Shown here piece by piece: positions 40,601 to 47,880 of a DNA stretch of 64,000 nt. The stretch lies in the IMG/VR virus record IMGVR_UViG_3300029913_000001, one strand, 5' to 3'. This DNA comes from a virus (lineage: Duplodnaviria > Caudoviricetes). The first letter of the stretch is position 1. Each line of letters opens with the position of its first letter. The position numbers and the translations under genes are program-made. Under the pieces are notes generated by a model. It had not been told where the DNA came from, did no database searches, and was given only the letters and a program-made list of their open reading frames with translations.

Positions 40601-41594
40601 TGCCTAGAGTAGGATTGCCCGTGGCATTTAGTTCGATTCCAGCCCCGCTTCCGGTAGCCTGCACATCTTCGAATATATTATCGTTCACCCACCCGTTAGA
40701 AGAAGCCGATATATAAATGCAGCGATAACCTCCGTAGCAGCGGATGTGCTTGAATGGAATGAAGGCAATGCCATAATACGAGGCGGTTGAAGATACATAA
40801 ATGCCATAACCGCCCGGCTGCCCTTCGGCAGACTCCGCACTCACATTGAAGTTGAAGTCCTCAACTCCCCCCGTGGCACCATCAATAGAGTTTTCGTTGA
40901 TTGTGATTTCCTTCCCGGTATAAGCTGCTGTGCTAGGAAAAGTAGTATGAAGGCCCTTGATCGTTCCGTTCGGTCCCTTTAGGAACATGTTCGTGGAGTT
41001 TGTCGAAGGAAGTACATTGGTGGCAGGATCAAAGAGCAACGTTTGGGAAGGCCCTGACATGCTACCCGGAGCAACATGCACCTGCGCCGCAATATAGATT
41101 GTTAATGCTCCGTAGCATCGCGCATCCACTGTGCCGCCGCTAGAGATGTCCGCGAGAGCCGCCGTAATCTGCACATCGGCGGTCGCCCCAGCATAAGAGC
41201 AGGAAGAGACAATACTGTTCACAGCGCCAGCCGCGACGTTGCCTGAGAATGTGCCATTACCAGTGGACCCGTCCAGGGTAATCGACGGTGCGATCGGAGT
41301 GCCTACCGCGAAGGTACCAGGAGCTGTTACAACCTGCGAACTACCACTGCCTGTTGCGGTCCATCCAGACGGCAATCCTGTAAAACTAGAGCAAGTAATT
41401 GCTCCATTAGATGCGGTTGCTAATACAGGACAGTTAGCCGCAATGCCGGCGCCAGTAAAAAGATTTGCCCAAGCTCCTGCGGCGGTATTTGCTCCGGTTC
41501 CCCCATTATGGATGTTAACGGTTGTTATATTTTGGGCAATTAAATTAATGGGCAATAAACATAAAAATAAGAATAATAATTTTTTAGCTAACAT
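37644..41594 (-). CDS. mosaic fibre/spike-like protein with two beta-helix-like modules, YadA-like repeats and an N-terminal signal-peptide-like segment
   Basis: 1316 aa, Gly/Thr/Ser/Asn rich; MLAKKLLFLFLCLLPINLIAQ; duplicated FSGNVAAGAVN junction; NTTGNYNSAQGYNALYS repeats. Confidence 0.7.
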   Translation of the reverse strand: MLAKKLLFLFLCLLPINLIAQNITTVNIHNGGTGANTAAGAWANLFTGAGIAANCPVLATASNGAITCSSFTGLPSGWTATGSGSSQVVTAPGTFAVGTPIAPSITLDGSTGNGTFSGNVAAGAVNSIVSSCSYAGATADVQITAALADISSGGTVDARCYGALTIYIAAQVHVAPGSMSGPSQTLLFDPATNVLPSTNSTNMFLKGPNGTIKGLHTTFPSTAAYTGKEITINENSIDGATGGVEDFNFNVSAESAEGQPGGYGIYVSSTASYYGIAFIPFKHIRCYGGYRCIYISASSNGWVNDNIFEDVQATGSGAGIELNATGNPTLGNAINNTFFGYTYENPSGIGGVGILYSGTSFIQNSFIGGGASIDGTGAVFQNTNTFAASIGSLSYFSPIWGNVSNNSFASGTATNGTATTSFQTNSSLLNNGVTSAGENLTGYGFGVNGAGGNYYQQGAAFGAYLKTFNTAGFKWYCMYGSNNPSLCATLDPSGNFLVPGSMSSPAIIPTNITPSTSPVCANGTGGALTTTGCAGGSGSYLPLTGGTLTGALSGTSASFSGNVAAGAVNGVYSVAQFPGADVGAKINACLAALPSGKGTCDTRGLGTGVFPMAQITIGNGQKLQCDFGQEFQPTTAAETMVIQNNNSIITGCWFDASNQAAFSGEVISYTDNYRDGSQTTLEHSKLTAYPVRTGTAIYISATNAATQSIYTVAFNDVTIEGFQYGRYLTATTTGFINSVSFNGVQDSYSIIGTEINPTSTGLIARNNFIADNFQALIPGDIGIQIDGAGTWQQNYWTNLSIWDTNNGIVINNTTTNAGNFFFGSFDGYAVTDPTGTNTFCNQYNGVCKYGNTITLEASSIRSFGSVGGANLYAGGVLPFASQSEAMAGFNASTGNGEADWYTGLYTGASSYAHQWWAPNSSGTAWQSLMTLNDSGTLTPIGGLSTPILTVGSITSPAATSATDSASLGPELTTSGTCSGTGWTGTYPNYVAPGTTAPLTCTGFTSGSFYQISAGITGNTGSGTVTVAIGTAQTYTSSTAASSTLTFSPKANGTSLTYTPTAAFNGTIAISAKKINPITTFSYTGKDSTGAVSTTMLYQGLASLHNIFEGGGGTYNTTGSYNSAQGYNALYSNTTGNYNSAQGYNVLYSNTTGNYNSAQGYQAGQFISDGSTANATSSNSVYLGANTEAKASGDTNENVIGNGAVGNGSNTSTVGNTATVGTWLNGTQHITATAPITSAGTIAAYSTNAGGEITGLSAATSVTITFANSGWTNAAFCTANASTTLATNVYNSAQSNTAVTFTFPSLTGNLFYHCEGN
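38119..38252. repeat. 51 bp tandem coding repeat, about 2.6 copies
   Basis: CCCTGCGCGGAGTTGTAG... starts at 38119, 38170 and 38221. Confidence 0.9.
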
Positions 41595-42234
41595 AATAAG
41601 CCTTCAATATAGAATTTGTTTGCGGTGCTGTAAACATAGTAATAGTAGTTCCCGATAACGTGTAATCGTCATTTTGTGATAAGACTACCCCGCCTAACGT
41701 CAAAATAAGTGAATCCGGCGTTGACGGTAAAGATGCCAAATTAAAAATTAAGTTGACACCATTTATAATGCCGGATACCGTAGTATTTCCATATACGGTT
41801 GAACTTCCAGTAGATATTAAATACTGCCAATAAAAAAAATATAAATTATCGTCCGGCTGCGGAGCTTCTGTAAAAGTAATTGTGCTTCCGGCGATAGAAT
41901 ATCCTACCCCAGGTATTAATGGAAAATTTTTCCATACAATTAATGTATTTCCCATCGGCGTGGATGGAAGATGAAAAACATTATTGCTTCCATCAACTGA
42001 GCCGGACGGAACTCCGGCAATCGGAAGACCTGAGCCGGAACTAGTTTCCGTTGAATTAGGAACAGTAACAATTTCGGTGTTGCCAGAATATGGGGCGCCG
42101 TCGACGATGGTTCCATTTCCAACAAATAATCGTTGAGTATCTACAGCCCAGCAAAGTTCACCTTTCGCCAATTGCGGCAAATTCTGCTGAAGGCCCGAAC
42201 GAATTTGAATTCTAGAATTTTGCTTGATAGCCAT
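41584..42234 (-). CDS. tail fibre-base protein (Mtd/hyaluronidase-type N-terminal motif)
   Basis: RIQIRSG...LAKGELCWAVDTQRLFVGNG; two GxxDGxNxxFxL repeats. Confidence 0.7.
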   Translation of the reverse strand: MAIKQNSRIQIRSGLQQNLPQLAKGELCWAVDTQRLFVGNGTIVDGAPYSGNTEIVTVPNSTETSSGSGLPIAGVPSGSVDGSNNVFHLPSTPMGNTLIVWKNFPLIPGVGYSIAGSTITFTEAPQPDDNLYFFYWQYLISTGSSTVYGNTTVSGIINGVNLIFNLASLPSTPDSLILTLGGVVLSQNDDYTLSGTTITMFTAPQTNSILKAYYVS

Positions 42235-42366
42235 TAAGATTCCTCTCTTATATTTATATCCAACTCGCAAATGTAAAACCAATAACTAGAGTTAGTAGAT
42301 ATAAGCGAGTTGTGTGGCCTGCCGCATAAATGTGGCGGCTCACGTTAATGAATATTTTTTACAAAG

Positions 42367-42399
42367 AGAAACGACCAATCACTAAGATTGGCCGTTTCT
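42367..42399 (-). terminator. intrinsic terminator after queD
   Basis: AGAAACGGCCAATC-TTAGT-GATTGGTCGTTTCT followed by CTTT. Confidence 0.7.
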
Positions 42400-42426
42400 A
42401 ACTACCCGCGTTTAAAAGATTAATTT

Positions 42427-42975
42427 CTATGGACGATAAATTGCAACAGAAGTTGGCGTTTCCTTAAAAGTAACACCGGTAAGGTATGCCTGTTTATTTG
42501 TGGCTTCTAAAATTTGCGGCGCTAGTATATAGAAAAAATGTTCTGCCAAAGATTCCGCCGTAGGAAACTCATTAATAATATATGTTTTACCAAATGCAGT
42601 TTTTCCTGACCAAAACGAATGTTGTCGAACAGTTTCCGTAATTTTATTTACCCAATCAGAAAAGATAATGCCCTTAGCTGAGGGCAAGGACTCTTCATAT
42701 GCCAGACCAACATACTTCGCATCTTGTAAGGAAATAATCATGGCATGATCGCACATTGCATCAATATGGGTCATCATTAAATTTTTAAGAATTCCATAAT
42801 CAAGAACCATTTCAGTTTGCGGGCCGCTACCGAATAACTCACCCACCATTTCTGCAATAATCACACCCGAATGCCCGTGACAGGATGAACATTTCCCTGG
42901 TCCGCCTTCTGCATTTTGGTGTCTTGCCACTCGGTGGCCGTAATCTATTCGAATTTCTTTTGAAATAATATTCAT
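42427..42975 (-). CDS. queD: 6-carboxytetrahydropterin synthase
   Basis: IDYGHRV, CHGHSG, LDYGILK, DH, PTAESLA, ETPTS. Confidence 0.9.
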   Translation of the reverse strand: MNIISKEIRIDYGHRVARHQNAEGGPGKCSSCHGHSGVIIAEMVGELFGSGPQTEMVLDYGILKNLMMTHIDAMCDHAMIISLQDAKYVGLAYEESLPSAKGIIFSDWVNKITETVRQHSFWSGKTAFGKTYIINEFPTAESLAEHFFYILAPQILEATNKQAYLTGVTFKETPTSVAIYRP

Positions 42976-43006
42976 ATATCTCCTAGTAATTTATTATAGC
43001 ATACAG

Positions 43007-43441
43007 TTACAAAAATATCACATCAAAATTGTACCCACGCAATTCTTTTTCTGGATCAGCAAAAATAACGGTATTCCCATTTGAAAATGTCATACGGTCA
43101 TTCCTATTACTTTCCAAAAAATTCGCCGAAATAAAGACCGCCCACACCTTTAAATTCTCTTGAATTATACTGGGTAAAATACCGCGGTTCTCGCAAAATA
43201 TAAAAATAGGTTTATCCGAATTACTTAAAATATACTGCTGTAGTAATTCAATCGACCATTCACCAGGAAAGAATATCTTTGATGAATATCTCATTGAAAA
43301 TGCAAACAACCTCGACAATTGGTGTTTAATTCGATTTTCAAGATGAGTTAACTTTTCATCATCCCAACTATCCGGATTAGAGAACGGCGATAATAAATTT
43401 AGAAGAGTTTCAATTTCTTCCCTATCTAATTCTATTTTCAT
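43007..43441 (-). CDS. hypothetical protein
   Basis: 144 aa ORF in operon. Confidence 0.5.
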   Translation of the reverse strand: MKIELDREEIETLLNLLSPFSNPDSWDDEKLTHLENRIKHQLSRLFAFSMRYSSKIFFPGEWSIELLQQYILSNSDKPIFIFCENRGILPSIIQENLKVWAVFISANFLESNRNDRMTFSNGNTVIFADPEKELRGYNFDVIFL

Positions 43442-43442
43442 A

Positions 43443-44015
43443 TTATCCTCGAATCTTTCGAATCATTTCAATATGCAGCCTTCCTAAATTAATAGCATCC
43501 GTTACTGCGCTATGCGGTTTTCCTTCGAATGTTAAATGAAGATATTTTAACGCATTTGCTAACGTCAATTTTTTCTTGATCGAATAGTTACTTCGAAAAA
43601 TAACACCCAAATCCCAAATACCGGTATTACCCCAAGGATTTTCAATATTATCTTTTAAACATTGCTCAATGATAGCATCATTGTCCGATCCCCATGCGTA
43701 AGAAACTTTTCCTCGCGGAGAAAATTCATTTCGAATGGTATTCATAACATCCGAAAATCGTCTCCCTTCTTTTAATAATAATTCTTTTGTTATTCCGGTG
43801 AGGTTAGTACAATACTCAGATACTTCAAAATCTTTATAATTCGGACGAATATAATAATTAGCTGTTCGAGTAATTTTCAAATCGTATGAGTCAATTTCAC
43901 ATATACCGACTTGAATGATATGCTTCGATTGGCCCAATGGGCATTTTCCATCCGGCCAGCATAACATTTCTAAATCCATAAAACTAATTTTTTGTGATGA
44001 TAAATTCTTTGTCAT
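43443..44015 (-). CDS. DEDDh 3'-5' exonuclease (ERI-1/KapD-like)
   Basis: MDLEM, IIQVG, LTGIT, WGSD, HSAVTDA. Confidence 0.85.
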   Translation of the reverse strand: MTKNLSSQKISFMDLEMLCWPDGKCPLGQSKHIIQVGICEIDSYDLKITRTANYYIRPNYKDFEVSEYCTNLTGITKELLLKEGRRFSDVMNTIRNEFSPRGKVSYAWGSDNDAIIEQCLKDNIENPWGNTGIWDLGVIFRSNYSIKKKLTLANALKYLHLTFEGKPHSAVTDAINLGRLHIEMIRKIRG

Positions 44016-44025
44016 TACATCTTTC

Positions 44026-44220
44026 TTATTCAGATAATTTCATAATCAATAATGCAGACTTGGCTTCGTGAGCAGTAATATATCGATCCTTCAACCAAAA
44101 CCAATCTTCAAGCATGTTAACTTGAATACCAAATGTATTGCCTTCGGCTGGATATATTCTAGTAGGATATGCGTTAACAACGGCATCTGATAGATACCAG
44201 GTTGATTGAAGTTTTGGCAT
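44026..44220 (-). CDS. KLSE-family small protein
   Basis: ends EAKSALLIMKLSE. Confidence 0.65.
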   Translation of the reverse strand: MPKLQSTWYLSDAVVNAYPTRIYPAEGNTFGIQVNMLEDWFWLKDRYITAHEAKSALLIMKLSE

Positions 44221-44222
44221 AA

Positions 44223-44378
44223 TTACTCGGATAATTTCATAATCAATAATGCAGAATTGGCTTCTGCTTCAGATGCAAACGGGCCAGATCGTACATACCA
44301 TTGTCCATTAAAATAAGGACGTATACACCATCTAATTAGCCCGGTTATAGTTTTATAACTTTCTATCTTATATTTCAT
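44223..44378 (-). CDS. KLSE-family small protein (51 aa, not in ORF track)
   Basis: MKYKIESY...GPFASEAEANSALLIMKLSE. Confidence 0.65.
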   Translation of the reverse strand: MKYKIESYKTITGLIRWCIRPYFNGQWYVRSGPFASEAEANSALLIMKLSE

Positions 44379-44638
44379 TCTGATAGTCGATCATCTAGTT
44401 GATCGCTCACCGTGGCAATTCGGCCATAAATATCTACCGTGTCTATCCATCGTTCTAACGGGAAAAAGAATACTCTATGCATACGGCAACTTCGTATTTT
44501 ATAACAACGGTTGGTATTAGTACACGCCATTACTATGCACTCTTCTCGCGTGCGAGCGGAAAACCTATCAAAAATATTGCCGTATACTACAACCCGATCT
44601 CCAATTTGATATTTTGTTTCATTCATTTGTGAATCCAA
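44375..44638 (-). CDS. small hypothetical protein, degenerate RLSE ending
   Basis: ends DQLDDRLSE. Confidence 0.55.
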   Translation of the reverse strand: MDSQMNETKYQIGDRVVVYGNIFDRFSARTREECIVMACTNTNRCYKIRSCRMHRVFFFPLERWIDTVDIYGRIATVSDQLDDRLSE

Positions 44639-44647
44639 TCTGTTTTA

Positions 44648-44884
44648 TTATTCGGACAATTTTAAAATTAGTAATGCAGCTTCCGCTTCTTCCTTCGTTG
44701 TATATAACTCTGGGCTAAGATAATACCAGCCGCCCCGCAATATTGAATGAAATCGAGTTTGAATTCCATACCAATTACCCAGCTCTTCTATTCGATATTC
44801 TCTAATTAATTTCGGCAATGGCTGTATCTCGGAAAACGTAAAATTTTTGCACATCTCAATTATTAATTTGGTATCAAGATTCAT
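44648..44884 (-). CDS. KLSE-family small protein
   Basis: ends TTKEEAEAALLILKLSE. Confidence 0.65.
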   Translation of the reverse strand: MNLDTKLIIEMCKNFTFSEIQPLPKLIREYRIEELGNWYGIQTRFHSILRGGWYYLSPELYTTKEEAEAALLILKLSE

Positions 44885-45042
44885 TCGGATAATTTTTCTA
44901 TCAAAATATAATTTTTAGCTTCGATTTCAGTATCAAATACTCGTAAAAATTGGGCGAGCCCTCGATAATCTAAGCGATAAACTAGCCATCTATCGCATAT
45001 TAATATAGGTGGCAAAATTTCATATGTATATTCAGTATTCAT
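44881..45042 (-). CDS. KLSE-family small protein (53 aa, not in ORF track)
   Basis: MNTEYTYE...FDTEIEAKNYILIEKLSE. Confidence 0.65.
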   Translation of the reverse strand: MNTEYTYEILPPILICDRWLVYRLDYRGLAQFLRVFDTEIEAKNYILIEKLSE

Positions 45043-45053
45043 ACAATTTGTAT

Positions 45054-45408
45054 ACCCCGTTTCTTTTACATAGGCGGGGTCACCCTACGGCGCACAGTTT
45101 TTAGGCTAGTGCGAGCTCGCGATTGCTAATTTTTACAGGGTACGTAAAAATCTTGGTCGCGCCATTGACGATTGAATCGGCAATTATACATATCATTTTT
45201 CAATTATGGGCGAAAATAACAAAGACCCAAGCCGTCCACATGACTTTCATTTATCCGTCGAAACCGTGACGCGCCCTAGTAGAATACTGGGGTGTAACAC
45301 CACATCCATCTAATACGAAACTATCTAACTAGTTCAGTATTCTTTTGGACGCGCGGAGAGTTGAACTCCGGTCCGCATAAAGAAATTCATGCTTCGTACG
45401 ACTCTAAC
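45054..45408 (-). ncRNA. ssrA: circularly permuted (two-piece) tmRNA: acceptor piece ~45408-45346, intervening segment 45345-45277, coding piece from 45276
   Basis: T arm CGGAG-TTCAACT-CTCCG, 3' CGCGTCC-A pairs with downstream GGGCGCG (G3.U70); TTTCGAC D-loop analogue; AGAATACTG/CAGTATTCT intervening stem; tag frame 45181-45101. Confidence 0.9.
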
Positions 45409-46068
45409 TTATGCAAATTTTTTTTCGTTGATCATAATTGGTTTCGAATACAATTCTTTCATTACTTTTGCATAACCGACTGAATTAGTACACAATGTCT
45501 TAAGATGATCCCGATATAATCTTTTTCTGAGTATTGCATGATGCCCTTCATCCAAATTAGTTAATAAACCACCATTAGTTAAAAGTCCAAAAATATCGAT
45601 TAATTTAGATTCAGCTTGAAATGCTTCTGCTTCAGTTAAACTTCCTTTAACTCGAAATACTATATGCTTTTCATTTAACGAATTTATAGATTGCAAAATT
45701 TTTCGATGTGTTTCATTTCGCCGCGAATTTTTATCACGATCATTTACTCCTTTTCCTATATAAAAAGGAACATACTCCATACCCAGGCTAGCGGCAAACG
45801 CGTCTTTTGCTTTTTCTAAATCAAGATCAAACAATGGATTCAAGTGAGCATACACAAAATATTTCTTTTCGTTTGATAATTCTAAATCTTCATAAATCGA
45901 GCTAATATCGGAATTCCATATAGAATTATATGCTTCGAATTTTGGACCCTGCCTAACGATATTCTCCGCTCCTAGACCATTCTTTTCTAACGCTCGAATT
46001 CTAGATTTTAAATATCGAACTTTACCTTTCAGCGAATCAATCGAATTCCAATTAACCTTAATATTCAC
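45409..46068 (-). CDS. GIY-YIG family putative homing endonuclease (probable GTG start at 46068)
   Basis: YFVYAH...PFYIGKG..R...H...EAEAFQAESKLI...GGLLTN. Confidence 0.75.
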   Translation of the reverse strand: MNIKVNWNSIDSLKGKVRYLKSRIRALEKNGLGAENIVRQGPKFEAYNSIWNSDISSIYEDLELSNEKKYFVYAHLNPLFDLDLEKAKDAFAASLGMEYVPFYIGKGVNDRDKNSRRNETHRKILQSINSLNEKHIVFRVKGSLTEAEAFQAESKLIDIFGLLTNGGLLTNLDEGHHAILRKRLYRDHLKTLCTNSVGYAKVMKELYSKPIMINEKKFA

Positions 46069-46122
46069 TTTTATTTCCTCAATATTTATAGTATACAACA
46101 ATAATAAAAATATAGCAACAAC

Positions 46123-46404
46123 TTATTTTACATATTGCCCAATACTAACACCTAATTGGCCGGTGTCTGATGAATTCAAACTCTCTTTAATTTCGATTAT
46201 TAATTTAGGTATATCTAACAAGTCGGAATCCTCTAGGAAAAAGCACTTAAAATCTCCGGCATCATTAATTTGAAGAGCGAGCTTATCTTCCCAACCGGTG
46301 TCATTACTACCATATCTAGCGTAGGTCAATACATGATGGCAACGCGCCGGCGGCGGAATATCGGCTTCTACTGCTTTCAGAAAATCGATTAAAAATTGTC
46401 GCAT
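46123..46404 (-). CDS. hypothetical protein
   Basis: 93 aa ORF with SD GGAG. Confidence 0.6.
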   Translation of the reverse strand: MRQFLIDFLKAVEADIPPPARCHHVLTYARYGSNDTGWEDKLALQINDAGDFKCFFLEDSDLLDIPKLIIEIKESLNSSDTGQLGVSIGQYVK

Positions 46405-46605
46405 ATCACTCCTAATATTAAGAAGATATCGAACGTTGGTATTTGCGCCTTACAAATATGATACACCTTAAATAAGTCTAATTTAAGAATATTTGCAATC
46501 GGTGATACTCCATTCAGGATATCGATTTCTATCCTCGAGCTCGATACCATCTTAATTCTTTTAAATCAACTGCATAAAATCATATTATTTTTCATATTTA
46601 AAATT

Positions 46606-46667
46606 GGGGGCGCACGAAGCGATAATCAACATGCGCCGCCTCCACCACCGAATCAGAAAGGATTCGG
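46606..46667. other. tRNA-Ala/tmRNA-like mini-helix plus adjacent hairpin
   Basis: Plus strand GGGGGCG-N24-CGCCTCC-ACCA (46606-46647), then CCGAATC-AGAAAG-GATTCGG. Confidence 0.45.
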
Positions 46668-46675
46668 ACTTATTA

Positions 46676-46903
46676 CTACATACTTAATCTTTCGAGCAAT
46701 AACCAATCTTCTGCTTCCTTTTTTGTAGAGCACGAATGAATAACCGTAGGAGGAATACACTCGTCGCATGGATTTCGACTATTTGAAAAATCGTAGGTTT
46801 TAATAACGTTCCATTTATTATCTACCCGATCATCTTTAACGATCTTCAAGGAAGTTTTCACAATGAAGTGGTAATTCACCTCGGATTTATCACACCTATT
46901 CAA
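46676..46903 (-). CDS. KLSE-family small protein
   Basis: ends STKKEAEDWLLLERLSM. Confidence 0.6.
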   Translation of the reverse strand: MNRCDKSEVNYHFIVKTSLKIVKDDRVDNKWNVIKTYDFSNSRNPCDECIPPTVIHSCSTKKEAEDWLLLERLSM

Positions 46904-47074
46904 ATTTCATACCTTTCTTGGGAGTGTACGTCACCAACCAGGCATAACTGCCATCTTTATTTTTTGACAAATTTAGATATCCGGCAACTTTTTCTTTTCT
47001 GAGAGAATCAATAAAATCAAGGGCGGCCTTGGTCGTTTCAAATTCAGATGTCTTCTGCTTCATAATATCCTTTC

Positions 47075-47315
47075 TTATTCTGATAAGCTTTCGATTAAAA
47101 TCGCTGATTCGGCTTCTTTCAATGAATCATATATTGCATATGTCACCGGGGGCAATAAGCATACCGGTTTTTATATCATAATGTTTAATTTCCACAGGAT
47201 ATTTTTCATTTTCCTTCGGCAACAATTTAAATGCGGCGCGATACCCATCCCAGATAGGCGGCCTACAAATCTTACCAAATGCAAAGTTTAAAGAAATTTT
47301 CTTCTTACCTTGCAT
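47075..47315 (-). pseudogene. KLSE-family gene with a +1 frameshift in a C5 run
   Basis: Removing one C at 47148-47152 joins ...GMLIAP to VTYAIYDSLKEAESAILIESLSE*; span 241 nt. Confidence 0.6.
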
Positions 47316-47595
47316 ATCGCTTTCCCGCAGGAACACCAGTTAACCACGCAAGATTAATTTTTCGAATATTGGAAACTTGCTCGCCATTATCTAATAGACC
47401 ATTCCAGATTGCGGAAAGCTCGCGGGCTGTTTGCTCGGGTACATCAATTGCGATAAATTCATTTGCTGCGCCATTATAAACATCGAAGGTATCAATGGGC
47501 GCAGAACTGTTTTGCGCAGGTACAACAATTACATGATTACCTGCTTCACGAATTTTAATAGCGATTTCAGAATCAATTTCGTTCATCCAGTTCAT
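47305..47595 (-). CDS. hypothetical early protein
   Basis: 96 aa, own promoter and SD AGGA. Confidence 0.6.
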   Translation of the reverse strand: MNWMNEIDSEIAIKIREAGNHVIVVPAQNSSAPIDTFDVYNGAANEFIAIDVPEQTARELSAIWNGLLDNGEQVSNIRKINLAWLTGVPAGKRYAR

Positions 47596-47630
47596 AATGT
47601 CCTGCTTCCTGTGATTTTACTCACATTACC

Positions 47631-47659
47631 AGTGTAAACTATTTAGCATGAAAAGTCAA
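47631..47659 (-). promoter_or_regulatory. sigma70-type early promoter
   Basis: TTGACT-17-TACACT. Confidence 0.7.
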
Positions 47660-47673
47660 GCAACATCCCAAAA

Positions 47674-47880
47674 TTATAGAGAAAATCGTTCAATCAAATT
47701 ACGATCTCGAATAAACTCTTCGGCTTCCTTAAGAGAATTCTTCCCATAAAATCGATAATACTGAACTACTATCCTCCTACCGAAGGCCGAAGATTCGTCG
47801 TCCGAATATCTAGACTGAACTACAATTCGATATAGTGGGTTTTTATTCTTCGTTCCTGTTAGTTCGTAAAAATCAGGCAT
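47674..47880 (-). CDS. small protein with divergent KLSE-type ending
   Basis: ends SLKEAEEFIRDRNLIERFSL. Confidence 0.55.
   Translation of the reverse strand: MPDFYELTGTKNKNPLYRIVVQSRYSDDESSAFGRRIVVQYYRFYGKNSLKEAEEFIRDRNLIERFSL

Noticed and set aside
37441-41658. Long opposite-strand/alternate-frame ORFs in the GC-rich island (e.g. 38103-38717, 41239-41658)
   Set aside because: Shadow ORFs of the 1316 aa gene, expected from higher GC; no RBS or recognisable motifs.
42300-43005. preQ1 riboswitch linked to queD, or a tRNA at 42305-42345
   Set aside because: The upstream region is too short and lacks the motif. The downstream hairpins are a terminator and a simple stem without a cloverleaf.
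46405-46595. Possible decayed HTH gene
   Set aside because: Fragments in different frames with multiple stops; too weak to call.
45409-46650. One-piece tmRNA interrupted by the GIY-YIG gene
   Set aside because: The matching 5' end (GGGCGCG) lies downstream with a closing intervening stem, and no minus-strand 5' half exists upstream of the nuclease.
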